The notes below the pieces were generated by a model, which was given only the letters and a program-made list of their open reading frames with translations, was not told the origin of the DNA and searched no databases. The position numbers and the translations under genes are program-made. From Candidatus Levyibacteriota bacterium (lineage in GTDB: Bacteria > Patescibacteriota > Microgenomatia > Levybacterales > UBA12049), in contig JAGOPV010000003.1 of assembly GCA_017991775.1 (NCBI GenBank), positions 1 to 59,170 on the forward strand: a stretch of 59,170 nt of DNA, given 5' to 3'. How positions within the stretch are numbered: the stretch's first letter is position 1; the number at the start of each line of letters is the position of its first letter. Positions 7,308-17,046 of this stretch are shown piece by piece.

Positions 7308-8150
7308 TTATTGATTAGCTGATTGGGTTGTTACCTGGCCGTGATTATTGCAGATATAGCGGATCTCATCAACCACCTCGCGTGTTTTCTCTTTTGTAAG
7401 AGCTAGGATTGAGAGCAGATCTTTATTTTGATTGATGTCTCGACATAGTACGACATGATTGGCAAGAAGGCGTGCTTTCTGGTCAGCGGAGAGAGACATG
7501 AGGATAGTTATCGGATAGAGATTGGAAGTCTCGATGAGTTCTCTTAGACTTCCCTTATCTGGATAATTCCAGCTAATAATTTTTAGACCAACACAGCCAG
7601 CATAAGCGTTAGCGTCAATTGTCGTCTTGGTATTGGTCACTACCCAAACTTCATCAAATTTATACTTATCTTTCAGGTCATCAAATCTTGCCTTTACATA
7701 AAGTGCGACTTTAATGTCTGAGCGAGTCCCAGGGTTATTATGAAACTTTGCTTCGATAAGTATTTTCTTTGAGTCCTTTTCAAGGATGACATCAGTCTCA
7801 TGTGATACACACCTCCCATTTAAAATTTGTCTTGTTTGAGCGCTATAGCCATTCTCTTCAAAGATTTTTGCGACAAAGTCTTCAAATGGATATCCCGTTG
7901 GCCCTAGCAGCATAATTGATTGCTTGAGGCTATAGCGAGACTTCGTATAAGGATTAGGAGACTCAGATAGCTCTTTGGAGATCGCATTATAGATATCATG
8001 AGTGGGAATCCCGTCGTATAGTTTGGCCTCAACTGTCCGAAGTGCTCGTTGTTGAAGATCCTTGGGGACTCCTGCTCTACGGATCGAACCTAGGACTTTC
8101 TCTGGATTGTAAGGCTCCCTTGTGCCGTCAGCTTTATAAACATACGCCAT
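7308..8150 (-). CDS. ATP-cone domain fused to a PD-(D/E)xK (Mrr-like) restriction endonuclease domain
   Basis: The N-terminal ~90 aa resemble the ATP-cone (VYKADGTREPYNPEKVLGSIRRAG). The next region has FEDFVAKIFEENGY and D-x-ILEKD...LIEAKF motifs typical of the Mrr catalytic domain. Confidence 0.65.
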   Translation of the reverse strand: MAYVYKADGTREPYNPEKVLGSIRRAGVPKDLQQRALRTVEAKLYDGIPTHDIYNAISKELSESPNPYTKSRYSLKQSIMLLGPTGYPFEDFVAKIFEENGYSAQTRQILNGRCVSHETDVILEKDSKKILIEAKFHNNPGTRSDIKVALYVKARFDDLKDKYKFDEVWVVTNTKTTIDANAYAGCVGLKIISWNYPDKGSLRELIETSNLYPITILMSLSADQKARLLANHVVLCRDINQNKDLLSILALTKEKTREVVDEIRYICNNHGQVTTQSANQ

Positions 8151-8179
8151 GATACTATCGTATGGGATTTTCAGAGAAG

Positions 8180-10588
8180 TTACAACTTAAAGTTCTTCTT
8201 TTTGTATGCAGTTACATTTTCATCCGTATAGAAAACCTCATAGTCTGGATTGGTATGAAGTATTGCGGATTTGGATGCATAGTTACTTTCAAGAGAGGGA
8301 AGATTGTCGTCTGATTTATCGATGATAACAATATCAGCACTCTCCATAGCAAAAGGGACATTATAAAGGAATCTCCTATGCGACAGGTGCGAGCCAATGC
8401 TATTGGTAGTTGAGACGCTAGCAGTCACTGGGATCGAATCTAGCAGCTTATTGAGTTCATTTTTATGCTGATATTGCTTGGTAAACATATCCGTATTTGG
8501 TTCTTTAGCACCAGGCAGTGGACCATATTGGTAGGCACCGTATAGTCCAACAAATAACAAATAACATATAACAAATAGCTTTGGAATTCTTGTGAATTTT
8601 TTCAGCAGCCACGCAAGTCCAGTCGTGAGTGCGATGAAAAGAAATGGAGTAATGATGGCTGTGTATTGATAGTAAATTTGATAGAGTTCGGATTTGGCAC
8701 TTAAAATATTAATTGTAAGATCTGGTAGAGCAAAGATAAGAAAGATTGGAGCAAGCAATGGCAGATAGCCAAGAGGTTCTAAGAGTTTTTGGAAGTATAT
8801 AACTCTACTTTCTTGAGTAATGAGTTCGAATGTCTCCTTTGGCGAAGAGATAAATTTCTTTATTAGGTCAGATGGTGAACTAGATTCATCTTTTGATGAT
8901 GAATAATATTCTAGTGCAAAGTGCTGCATGCCTCCAGCAGCATGTGGGATGATGTACCAAATAAGTGAAATGGCTATGAAGAGTGAAATGAGAAATGTTC
9001 CAGTCCCAACCTTCCATTGCCTTTGAACTACCGCAATATAGATCCCCATAAGTCCTGTTACGGCCCAGACTTGTTCTTTGCAAAGACCTGCAAGAACAGC
9101 AAAGATAACGAAGTGTCCATAGCGTTTCTTGAAGATAAAATACATTGCACCAAGCACAAATGTCGTTGCAAGCGTTACAGCATGGAAATCATAGATGATG
9201 CTTCTCTGTACGCTTGGATTGAGAAGGTAAAGAGCGCTTATGATGAGCGATAATGTCTTGTCTTTAAGAAAGTGAGTCGCAATAGCGTACACGAAAAATG
9301 CTCCTGCCCCTACAATCACAACTTGCAAGAGTAAAAGCAGCCGAGGATCTTCCCAGATGAGATAAAGTGGTGCAAATGCAACAAGAATAACATCAGCATG
9401 GAATGCAAGTCGCGAGACAGTCTCCATCCCATTGGGATTTATGAACTCGAAAATTCTTCCATGTGAGCTATTCCAGACAGTCTGTGCCATATTGCCCAAA
9501 TCAAACCTGCCTGTATAGAAATTTTCAAATCGTAAAAAACTCACAACGCTGAAGTACCATGAGAACATCACGTAAGAGAGCGACAAAATCATTACGTGTG
9601 CGTGGTCCATTGAATATTGGATTATGTAATTAAATTTGCCAGTCCGAATTTTATGAAAAGCATAGGAGATCCCAATAAAAATTACTTCACATATAATCAA
9701 TACAAGTCTACAAAATAGAGATGCAAATGCAGCAAGTGGCACCGTCATTAAGTTACCAAGAAATATTGTCAGAACTCCTTCTCTAACTCCAAGTCCACTT
9801 GGTGTGATAACAGAAACAAATCCCACCAGGAGACTAAGCATAAAAAACCCAATAAATTGCCACATCAAATTGGGGTCAAGATACGTCAGCGATGTGATCA
9901 CGAAGAAGTATCCAAGTCCTAGGAAGATGAATGACGAAAAAATATAGAGAATTGATTGGAGCGTGTCAAATGGTCTAAAACTTGGGAAAATATGTTCTAA
10001 GACTGTCTTAATTTTACCATCTTTAATTCTGATAACTGATCTGTTGTAGCAGTATATTATTAGACCAATTGACGCCAGGAGTAGCGCGCCAATAGTTAAG
10101 GGTAGCTGAAGTTGATTGAGGTGAAGATAATATCTTGAAACGAATGGTATAGCTAAAATGGAGAGAAATACTCCAGCTATAATTACGATCTCTGTCTCCC
10201 AAAGTATAAAAGTGCCAACATCTTTTTTAGATATCCCCTTTTTACCGTACTGCGTAGCCACGCCGAGTGCAGCCCAGATATTGCCTGGAATATATCTGCG
10301 AAGTTGTGTAAATGACCAAAGAAAAAGTGACTCTCGTGGGTCAAGTGGATGCCCTGCGAAGCGAATTATTTTATACCAGACAAAACTCCTGAAGAAGTAG
10401 TAAATGATAAAGCAAAGCATCCCTGGGATTAGTAGCGAAAGATTGATTGATTGAAGCTGCTCTGCAATGTTGGTACCATGGGAAAGAAATGTCCTTCCTA
10501 GAAAGAAGAGGGCAATAAGTGAAATGGGCCAACCAAGTGCAAATTTAATGACTGAAAAGGCTCTATCCTTTAATCTAGCTTCTGCCAT
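8180..10588 (-). CDS. polytopic membrane protein: flippase-like (UPF0104/LPG-synthase TM) N-terminal region fused to DUF2079
   Basis: 802 aa with more than 20 hydrophobic segments. The central FDLGNMAQTVWNSSHGRIFEF motif resembles DUF2079. Confidence 0.6.
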   Translation of the reverse strand: MAEARLKDRAFSVIKFALGWPISLIALFFLGRTFLSHGTNIAEQLQSINLSLLIPGMLCFIIYYFFRSFVWYKIIRFAGHPLDPRESLFLWSFTQLRRYIPGNIWAALGVATQYGKKGISKKDVGTFILWETEIVIIAGVFLSILAIPFVSRYYLHLNQLQLPLTIGALLLASIGLIIYCYNRSVIRIKDGKIKTVLEHIFPSFRPFDTLQSILYIFSSFIFLGLGYFFVITSLTYLDPNLMWQFIGFFMLSLLVGFVSVITPSGLGVREGVLTIFLGNLMTVPLAAFASLFCRLVLIICEVIFIGISYAFHKIRTGKFNYIIQYSMDHAHVMILSLSYVMFSWYFSVVSFLRFENFYTGRFDLGNMAQTVWNSSHGRIFEFINPNGMETVSRLAFHADVILVAFAPLYLIWEDPRLLLLLQVVIVGAGAFFVYAIATHFLKDKTLSLIISALYLLNPSVQRSIIYDFHAVTLATTFVLGAMYFIFKKRYGHFVIFAVLAGLCKEQVWAVTGLMGIYIAVVQRQWKVGTGTFLISLFIAISLIWYIIPHAAGGMQHFALEYYSSSKDESSSPSDLIKKFISSPKETFELITQESRVIYFQKLLEPLGYLPLLAPIFLIFALPDLTINILSAKSELYQIYYQYTAIITPFLFIALTTGLAWLLKKFTRIPKLFVICYLLFVGLYGAYQYGPLPGAKEPNTDMFTKQYQHKNELNKLLDSIPVTASVSTTNSIGSHLSHRRFLYNVPFAMESADIVIIDKSDDNLPSLESNYASKSAILHTNPDYEVFYTDENVTAYKKKNFKL

Positions 10589-10589
10589 G

Positions 10590-11192
10590 TTAGTTTGCTG
10601 ATCCGGATGCTACTGGAGTTGTAGTAGGTGCTGTGGTCGGACCTTGATAAGAAAAGGATCGATTGAGAATTTTTTCTTCACCGTTCACGACACTTTTAAC
10701 TTTGAGCTGGAAACGAATTGACCCACTTGGTGGGTTATAAAGTGCAATCGAATTACTACTATACTCTGAGAATCGTCCGCCATTGATGCTATATGCCCAG
10801 ACGACAGCACAATAATTACCTTGCTCATAATCAATTGTAATTTGAACAGGATTATCTTCAACAACCTCATTTGCTGCTGGAGAAGATATTGAGATCGGGC
10901 CTATCCCCTTCTCGCATGCAGCTGAAGTGGTCTGTGTTATAACGGAATTGGACTTTTCCGCTGGAACTGTAACAACAATTGGAGCTACATCCTTTGTATC
11001 TTTAGAATCGTCTTTTTTTGAGTTGAGGTTATTTACGTTGAGAATTATAACAGTAAGAAGAACAGGGACACTAAGAACAGCGGTAAAAAATTCTACATAC
11101 TGTTTTTTGTCTGGGAGTGATCTATATGAATAGCGTAAGTTCTTGGCGAATTTCTTAAAACGATTTACTGGGGCAAATTCTTGTTCAGCCAT
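10590..11192 (-). CDS. hypothetical membrane-anchored protein
   Basis: 200 aa with a single TM segment (FFTAVLSVPVLLTVIILNV) followed by a beta-rich ectodomain. Confidence 0.5.
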   Translation of the reverse strand: MAEQEFAPVNRFKKFAKNLRYSYRSLPDKKQYVEFFTAVLSVPVLLTVIILNVNNLNSKKDDSKDTKDVAPIVVTVPAEKSNSVITQTTSAACEKGIGPISISSPAANEVVEDNPVQITIDYEQGNYCAVVWAYSINGGRFSEYSSNSIALYNPPSGSIRFQLKVKSVVNGEEKILNRSFSYQGPTTAPTTTPVASGSAN

Positions 11193-11237
11193 GATTCAAT
11201 TGTAACAAATAAGATCAAAGATGCAACCTATCTGAGG

Positions 11238-12425
11238 TTATTCGTATCGCAATGCTTCAATTGGGGATAGTCTTGAGGCGCGAATCGCGGGTGCAATTCC
11301 AAAAACAACCCCAACAACTACAGAGAATGCAAATGCAAGCGCTACGGACCACCAAGTTACCTGCGAGACAAATAGCGCTGCAAGAATAAATGAAGCTCCT
11401 AACCCGAGAGCAATCCCTATCACTCCTCCGCCGAGAGATAGCATTACAGCTTCAAGCAAAAACTGTTTGAGGATGTCTTCTCTTCTTGCTCCAAGTGCCT
11501 TTCTTAAACCGATTTCTTTTGTTCGCTCTGTTACCGATACGAGCATAATATTCATCACTCCAATGCCACCGACTATTAGCGAGATCGCTGCGATACCCCC
11601 AAGTGCAACTGTGAGTATGCCTGTAATATTTGTAATTGTTGAGAGCGTCTGTTCTTGAGTCATCAGTGTAAAATCATCTTCTTCAAGTCTGGCAGACAAA
11701 ATACTCTTTGCTCTCGCAATTACCGCATTAACCTGTTCGGGTTCTTTTGCTGCAATATAGATGGTACTAACAGTTGGTGCACCAAATAACTTTCGTGCAG
11801 TACTTAAAGGAATGATGATAGTGTTATCTTGATCTTGACCAAATACAGATCCCTTAGCTGATGATATTCCTATGACTGTAAATCTACTTCCTGAAATGGA
11901 TATCTTTTTGCCGATTGGATTTTTTGTCTGAAACAAGTTCTTCACAACTGTTTGGCCTATCACAGCAACTTTTCCACCACTTGCTTCTTGAGCCTGTGTA
12001 AAGAATGAGCCTTTTTCAAGCTCAGTTTTTATAATTTCAGGATATATAGCACCAGTTCCAACAATCTGTGTATTTTTATTTGTCTTACTACTATATTTGA
12101 CCGTTGTTATTTTTGAGATGTAAGGGGTCGTCTTAGCAATATTTTTTAATCTCACTTGAAGATATTCTGCGAGTGGGAATGATAGTTTGTTGACTGCATC
12201 ACCTGGTCCTTGTTGACCGCCTACCTTACCCGGAATAACAAAAATAAGATTTGAACCGAGACCAGATATTTGATTTGTAATATATGATTGGAGACCTGTG
12301 CCGAGTGAGACAAGAACAATCACCGCAAACACACCAATTATAACACCCAATGTCGTGAGTAAACTGCGTAGTGCGTTTGCTTTTAATGATGTTGCTGCTA
12401 GTGCAAGTAGTTCTTTTAAGTTCAT
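11238..12425 (-). CDS. ABC transporter permease, FtsX/MacB family
   Basis: 395 aa. N-terminal TM segment, large periplasmic MacB_PCD-like loop and C-terminal FtsX-type 3-TM bundle (ERTKEIGLRKALGA). Confidence 0.85.
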   Translation of the reverse strand: MNLKELLALAATSLKANALRSLLTTLGVIIGVFAVIVLVSLGTGLQSYITNQISGLGSNLIFVIPGKVGGQQGPGDAVNKLSFPLAEYLQVRLKNIAKTTPYISKITTVKYSSKTNKNTQIVGTGAIYPEIIKTELEKGSFFTQAQEASGGKVAVIGQTVVKNLFQTKNPIGKKISISGSRFTVIGISSAKGSVFGQDQDNTIIIPLSTARKLFGAPTVSTIYIAAKEPEQVNAVIARAKSILSARLEEDDFTLMTQEQTLSTITNITGILTVALGGIAAISLIVGGIGVMNIMLVSVTERTKEIGLRKALGARREDILKQFLLEAVMLSLGGGVIGIALGLGASFILAALFVSQVTWWSVALAFAFSVVVGVVFGIAPAIRASRLSPIEALRYE

Positions 12426-13102
12426 TTTTGAATTTCTCCGTCACGGAGAGTTATGATCTTTTTTGCCTGAAGAGCGATGTCGTGTTCGTGAGTGATTATG
12501 ATAATAGTGTTTCCTTGTTTGTTAAGTTCATTTATTATTTTCATGACTTCATTTCCAGATGCGGTATCTAGATTTCCGGTGGGCTCGTCTGCAAGGATAA
12601 TCGCAGGTTTATTAATCAGAGCTCTTGCTATAGCTACACGCTGTTGCTGGCCACCTGAGAGTTGATTTGGCTTTTTGTGCACTTGCTCTTTCAACCCAAC
12701 ACTTTCAAGTAAGTCCATTGCTCTTTGCTCTCGTTCTTTTTTTTCAAGCCCAGCATAGATGCTCGGTAGTATGACGTTGTCGAGAACGGTTGCTCTTTTG
12801 AGAAGATTGAACGACTGAAAAACAAACCCAATCTCTCTACTTCTATTTGCGGCCATCTCATTTTCCGATAAATTTGTGACATCGACACCATTGAGCAAAT
12901 ATGTACCTGAAGTTGGCGAGTCAAGCAGGCCAATAATATTAAGCAGTGTAGATTTACCCGATCCAGATGATCCAGTGATTGCTATAAAGTCACCTTTTTT
13001 GATTGTAAGTGTAATGTTTCGGAGTACTTGAGTCGTAATATCGTCTGAGATATAGTTCTTAACAATATTCTCGAGCTGAATAACATTTTTAATGCTTGTC
13101 AT
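12422..13102 (-). CDS. ABC transporter ATP-binding protein (MacB/LolD-like)
   Basis: Walker [10 protein letters not shown], signature [15 protein letters not shown] and Walker [12 protein letters not shown]. 4-nt overlap with the permease gene. Confidence 0.9.
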   Translation of the reverse strand: MTSIKNVIQLENIVKNYISDDITTQVLRNITLTIKKGDFIAITGSSGSGKSTLLNIIGLLDSPTSGTYLLNGVDVTNLSENEMAANRSREIGFVFQSFNLLKRATVLDNVILPSIYAGLEKKEREQRAMDLLESVGLKEQVHKKPNQLSGGQQQRVAIARALINKPAIILADEPTGNLDTASGNEVMKIINELNKQGNTIIIITHEHDIALQAKKIITLRDGEIQK

Positions 13103-13105
13103 TGG

Positions 13106-14170
13106 CTACATGCTTTTATTGCTAGGCTTAGCTTGTCGAAGTGTCACCTTTTCAGGGTCTAACGCAACTTCCTCCCCAACTTTAAGACCGCTAATCACTT
13201 CAATATCAAAATCATTTTGAAGACCAATTTTTATTTTCCGCTTTTCAAAGACCTCAGACTTTTTGACATACACGAATTCATCCTCAAACAAGCTTGATGA
13301 AGGTATCGAGAGTATTTGCTTTTCTTCTGCCACGACAATGTCTGCATCACCATTCATGCCAATTCGGTATACATCAGCTTTAGGAGGCAGGAGTACCTTG
13401 GTGCTAAAAGCAGTCCCACCCGTTGAAGTTGGGTGACTTGCGAAATCCACCGTGCTAATTGTGCCCTTTATGATCTGATCAGGAAATGCATCAAGAGTAA
13501 TTTCTACTTCTTGATTCTTTTCAATTAGTCCAACGTCAGCTTCATCTATATCAATAAGAAACTCAAGTCCGTTTGGATTAACAACAGTTAGGGAGTCTGA
13601 AGCAGTTGATGTTATACCAGCAACATCGATAGTAGAATTTGTTACAATCCCATCAATTGGCGATGAAATAACTGACTGCTCTTTTGCTAAGGATAATAAC
13701 TCGACGGAGAGCACTGCTTTTTCGAGGTCGAATTGGTTATTCTCAAGAATTCGTCGTACTGATTCGGTTGCTGCATCCTGAGGCTTAGAAACATTATTTG
13801 AATCAAGAGTACTTTCAAATGTATTACGTTGCTTTGCATAGTCTCGTAGTGAAGTCTCAAGATTTTTTTGCAGGGTTCTTTGATCAAAAGTGATAAGTAT
13901 CTGGCCCTTCTTTACAGAATCTCCATTTTTTACTCCAATGTAAGTAATTTTTGTATTAAGAGGAATAGCAAATGTTACTTCTTGTGAAGCACTTATCTTG
14001 CCATTAGCAGATACTGTCTTTGTAATATCTTTTAGGGTAGCTCTTTCTGTCGCTAGTTTTTCAGGAGGCTTTGGACGGAAGAATATGAATATAACTATAA
14101 CAAGTGCGACAAGCCCTAATGCAATAAATTTATGGCGTTTAAAAAAATGAAACAAAGGCAAGACACTCAT
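13106..14170 (-). CDS. efflux transporter periplasmic adaptor (HlyD/MacA family)
   Basis: 354 aa. N-terminal TM segment, lipoyl-like and coiled-coil hairpin segments and a beta-barrel C-terminus. First gene of the ABC operon. Confidence 0.7.
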   Translation of the reverse strand: MSVLPLFHFFKRHKFIALGLVALVIVIFIFFRPKPPEKLATERATLKDITKTVSANGKISASQEVTFAIPLNTKITYIGVKNGDSVKKGQILITFDQRTLQKNLETSLRDYAKQRNTFESTLDSNNVSKPQDAATESVRRILENNQFDLEKAVLSVELLSLAKEQSVISSPIDGIVTNSTIDVAGITSTASDSLTVVNPNGLEFLIDIDEADVGLIEKNQEVEITLDAFPDQIIKGTISTVDFASHPTSTGGTAFSTKVLLPPKADVYRIGMNGDADIVVAEEKQILSIPSSSLFEDEFVYVKKSEVFEKRKIKIGLQNDFDIEVISGLKVGEEVALDPEKVTLRQAKPSNKSM

Positions 14171-14215
14171 ATAAATAGTATGACGAGGAATGGGCTATAA
14201 AACAACTCTAAAACG

Positions 14216-15400
14216 TTACTTTACCTGAGAGATAATGTAGATATTACCGGTTTTATCATCTGAGACATATGCATATCCTTCTTGGTCAAACACTACATCA
14301 ACTGGTCTGCCTACAACAGATCCATTCTGGATAAAACCCGTTAAGAAATCTTCAGATGAAGTTAATTGGGTACCACTTACTTCTAGCTTTACAACTTTGT
14401 ATCCATCAGGAATCGATCTATTCCAGGAGCCATGGTATGCAACGAGGATATCGTTGACCCAGCTACTTGAGAAGTTAGCTGGGATAAATGCGAGTCCGAG
14501 TGGTGCTGAATGTGCGGGAATTTGAAAAGCTGGAGCAACTGTATTTGAGCAGTAAGATGAGCTCATTTTATTAAAGTTTGCATCAAAGACCTTATCTCCG
14601 TAGCAATATGGCCATCCATAGTCGCCGCCACTCTTTAGTATGTTAATTTCATCGGGTGGCAGATCATCGCCTAAAAGATCTCTTCCCATCCCTGTTGACC
14701 ATAGAGCACCATCAGTTGGATTGATCGCAAGGAAAGGAGCATTACGAACACCTTTACTAAAAACCTTTAAATTATTGCCTTCGCTGTCTGAGATAAGCAC
14801 TGTGCCACTTTGTGCATCCTTCTCTTCGCAAACATTACAAGTGGATCCGACTGAAGTATAAAGATTAGAATTTTCGTCAAAGACAATCGTTCGCTTATTG
14901 TGATTGGTGTTGCCCGGGAGTTTGAAAAGCTCTTTCTCGAAAGCTGCTTTATAGGATGAGGTGTCAAATGAGAATCGTGAGACTCTCCTGGTCTCTGCTA
15001 TATAGAGTTTGTTATTTATCATTGCAAGGCCATGAGGCTGGTCGAGTCCACTTACAACAGAGATAACTTCATCTGCGATGCCGTCACTATTTTTATCTGG
15101 TAAAGCATAGACGTTTCCAGTTCCGGAAGACGATACAAGAAGCGTACCATCTGGAGTGAAATAAAGATCTCTCGCATTTGTAATATTGTTGGCAAATAAT
15201 TTAACTGTATATCCCTCCGGGGTGGAGAGAGTAAAGGGCATATCCCCTCCCCTGGCAGTTGGCTGAGTGCCTTGATCTGCAATATCATTTTGAACGGAAA
15301 GTTTTGGAGTAGATTTGCTAAGTGGAGTGATAAGAAATTTTCCAGCAATAACAACGACAATTAAAAGCGTAATAACACCTATAACAGAAAGTTTCTTCAT
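14216..15400 (-). CDS. PQQ-dependent sugar (glucose/sorbosone) dehydrogenase-like beta-propeller
   Basis: 394 aa with an N-terminal anchor. Motifs PDGTLLVS, PHGLA and GGDYGWPYCYG are typical of the GSDH family. Confidence 0.7.
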   Translation of the reverse strand: MKKLSVIGVITLLIVVVIAGKFLITPLSKSTPKLSVQNDIADQGTQPTARGGDMPFTLSTPEGYTVKLFANNITNARDLYFTPDGTLLVSSSGTGNVYALPDKNSDGIADEVISVVSGLDQPHGLAMINNKLYIAETRRVSRFSFDTSSYKAAFEKELFKLPGNTNHNKRTIVFDENSNLYTSVGSTCNVCEEKDAQSGTVLISDSEGNNLKVFSKGVRNAPFLAINPTDGALWSTGMGRDLLGDDLPPDEINILKSGGDYGWPYCYGDKVFDANFNKMSSSYCSNTVAPAFQIPAHSAPLGLAFIPANFSSSWVNDILVAYHGSWNRSIPDGYKVVKLEVSGTQLTSSEDFLTGFIQNGSVVGRPVDVVFDQEGYAYVSDDKTGNIYIISQVK

Positions 15401-15546
15401 TCTCCACCAGTATACATACCGATAAGGACAATTTCCAGTTTCATTGATCTTAAATCGCTACTTTGGTACAATTACTGTGCCTGATTTTAATGGATCAGGA
15501 TAAGCACCCGCCTATCAAGTTATTTCTTGATAGAGTTGGTCCGTAC

Positions 15547-15620
15547 GCACCCGTAGCTCAGTGGATTAGAGCACTTCGCTTCGGACGAAGGGGTCGGGGG
15601 TTCAAGTCCCTCCGGGTGTA
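15547..15620 (+). tRNA. tRNA-Arg (anticodon TCG)
   Basis: Hand-folded cloverleaf. Acceptor GCACCCG/CGGGTGT, D arm GCTC..GAGC, anticodon arm CTTCG-CTTCGGA-CGAAG, T arm GGGGG-TTCAAGT-CCCTC. No encoded CCA. Confidence 0.9.
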
Positions 15621-15663
15621 CAGCGTAAAGCCGCTTTGCGGCCACGCAGCAAGCTGTTTTAAA

Positions 15664-15918
15664 ATGTATTTTGTGTATTTACTTGAAAGTATCACTAAGG
15701 GTAGCTGGTATATAGGCTATACTCCAGATGATGTTTACAAAAGACTTGATAAACACAATGCTGGGTTAGTTACATCTACGAAGCCTTATGTACCATGGAA
15801 AGTTATTTACTATGAAGCATACGCTTTGAGGGAAGATGCAACAGGAAGAGAAAAATTCTTGAAAAGTGGATCTGGAAGAACTTACTTAAATAAACAATTG
15901 AGAAATTATTTAAAGTAG
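15664..15918 (+). CDS. GIY-YIG nuclease family protein (UPF0213-like)
   Basis: 84 aa. FVYLL...WYIGYT, KRLDKHN and GREKFLKSGSG motifs. The ORF-track entry 15463..15918 runs through the tRNA, so the ATG at 15664 is used. Confidence 0.8.
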   Translation: MYFVYLLESITKGSWYIGYTPDDVYKRLDKHNAGLVTSTKPYVPWKVIYYEAYALREDATGREKFLKSGSGRTYLNKQLRNYLK

Positions 15919-15955
15919 AAGGTTTACCGCGTGATGAACGCAGTGAATTTTACGC

Positions 15956-16027
15956 GGGCCCGTAGCTCAATGGTAGAGCAGTACCCTCTTAAGGTATTTG
16001 TTGGAGGTTCAAATCCTCCCGGGCTCA
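15956..16027 (+). tRNA. tRNA-Lys (anticodon CTT)
   Basis: Cloverleaf. Acceptor GGGCCCG/CGGGCTC, anticodon arm GTACC-CTCTTAA-GGTAT, T arm GGAGG-TTCAAAT-CCTCC. Confidence 0.9.
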
Positions 16028-16132
16028 CCGAGTCAAACTCGGCTCCGCCAGCAGATATAGTCGGCAAGGAGCTGAGGAAGACGAAGGTGAATCGAGTTTG
16101 ACTCGATCACACCTTTCAATCACAATTAATTC

Positions 16133-16429
16133 ATGAATAAAACGTCAGACGTTTTATCTCCGCATTACTTCGTATATACCTTTGTAAGTCTAAAAGATAA
16201 TAAATTTTATGTTGGATTTACCACCAACTTAGAACAGAGATTATCTGAGCATAATAATGGAAATGTTATCGCGACAAAGAATAGACTACCACTTAAGCTA
16301 ATTCACTATGAATACTTTACAAACAGAGGAGATGCAATAGCTCGGGAAAGATTTTTGAAGAGTGGATTTGGAAGAGAGCAGATGAGACATGCCTTAAAGA
16401 GAACACTCATCACTTTTAAGGTAATTTGA
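16133..16429 (+). CDS. GIY-YIG nuclease family protein (UPF0213-like), second copy
   Basis: 98 aa. FVYTF...FYVGFT, QRLSEHNNG and ARERFLKSGFG motifs. Confidence 0.8.
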   Translation: MNKTSDVLSPHYFVYTFVSLKDNKFYVGFTTNLEQRLSEHNNGNVIATKNRLPLKLIHYEYFTNRGDAIARERFLKSGFGREQMRHALKRTLITFKVI

Positions 16430-16975
16430 TTAAGGTAATTTCTGTCTGATATCCATCAGCATGATGTCGTAACTCTGTAGAACATAGTCTGATTCATTGA
16501 TTCCCAACTCACTTAGCACCTTCTTCATCTCATTTTGAACCACACCAGCATCTTCATCTGCAATTTTCTCAAGCTCTACGAACTCTCCAAGACCAATTAC
16601 GTTATCAAGGCAAACTGTAAAGTCTCCATATTTTGTTATTTCCCTCTCTTTTTCAACTTCAATTGTGAGCTCAAAACCTAACTGAACTATCATTTCGTGC
16701 ATAGACTTTGGATCTTCGATCACAGTCTCAATTTCAATTTTATCCAGATCTTGAGATTGGGAGCGCTTAAAGGTGAGGATAGATTTGACTTCCTCACTTC
16801 TTATTCGAAGAACAGGGTCTGTCAATTTTTTAGTAGCAAAGGTGAATCCTTTTGGAAGGTATATTTTATCAACTTGGATGACGGAGGGTGAAAAGATACA
16901 GCCTTTCTTTTGGAGAAGCGATCGGAGAGAATGTGCGTCCTGAATTTTCGCTTTTATTTCAATTTCGCGCTTCAT
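16430..16975 (-). CDS. CYTH domain protein (class IV adenylate cyclase / triphosphate tunnel metalloenzyme family)
   Basis: N-terminal EIEIK (ExExK) motif. The ATG at 16975 lies 6 nt downstream of TGCTATCAT on the minus strand, so it is preferred over the TTG at 16993. Confidence 0.7.
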   Translation of the reverse strand: MKREIEIKAKIQDAHSLRSLLQKKGCIFSPSVIQVDKIYLPKGFTFATKKLTDPVLRIRSEEVKSILTFKRSQSQDLDKIEIETVIEDPKSMHEMIVQLGFELTIEVEKEREITKYGDFTVCLDNVIGLGEFVELEKIADEDAGVVQNEMKKVLSELGINESDYVLQSYDIMLMDIRQKLP

Positions 16976-16997
16976 GAGTTGATGATAGCACAAACCT

Positions 16998-17023
16998 TAA
17001 GAGTCCCAATAACGGGACTCTTA
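16998..17023 (-). terminator. 10-bp hairpin downstream of the DUF378 gene
   Basis: TAAGAGTCCC-aataac-GGGACTCTTA. Confidence 0.55.
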
Positions 17024-17046
17024 TAAGGATCAAATAAAAACTTTGA

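Noticed and set aside
15503-15512. GCACCCGCC upstream of tRNA-Arg, which repeats the tRNA 5' acceptor sequence GCACCCG, as a possible att-like duplication.
   Set aside because: The identity is only 7 nt and it lies in the 5' leader, not the 3' flank. This is most likely chance.
15463-15663. Upstream part of ORF 15463..15918.
   Set aside because: It reads straight through tRNA-Arg (15547-15620). Only the GIY-YIG part from 15664 is credible.
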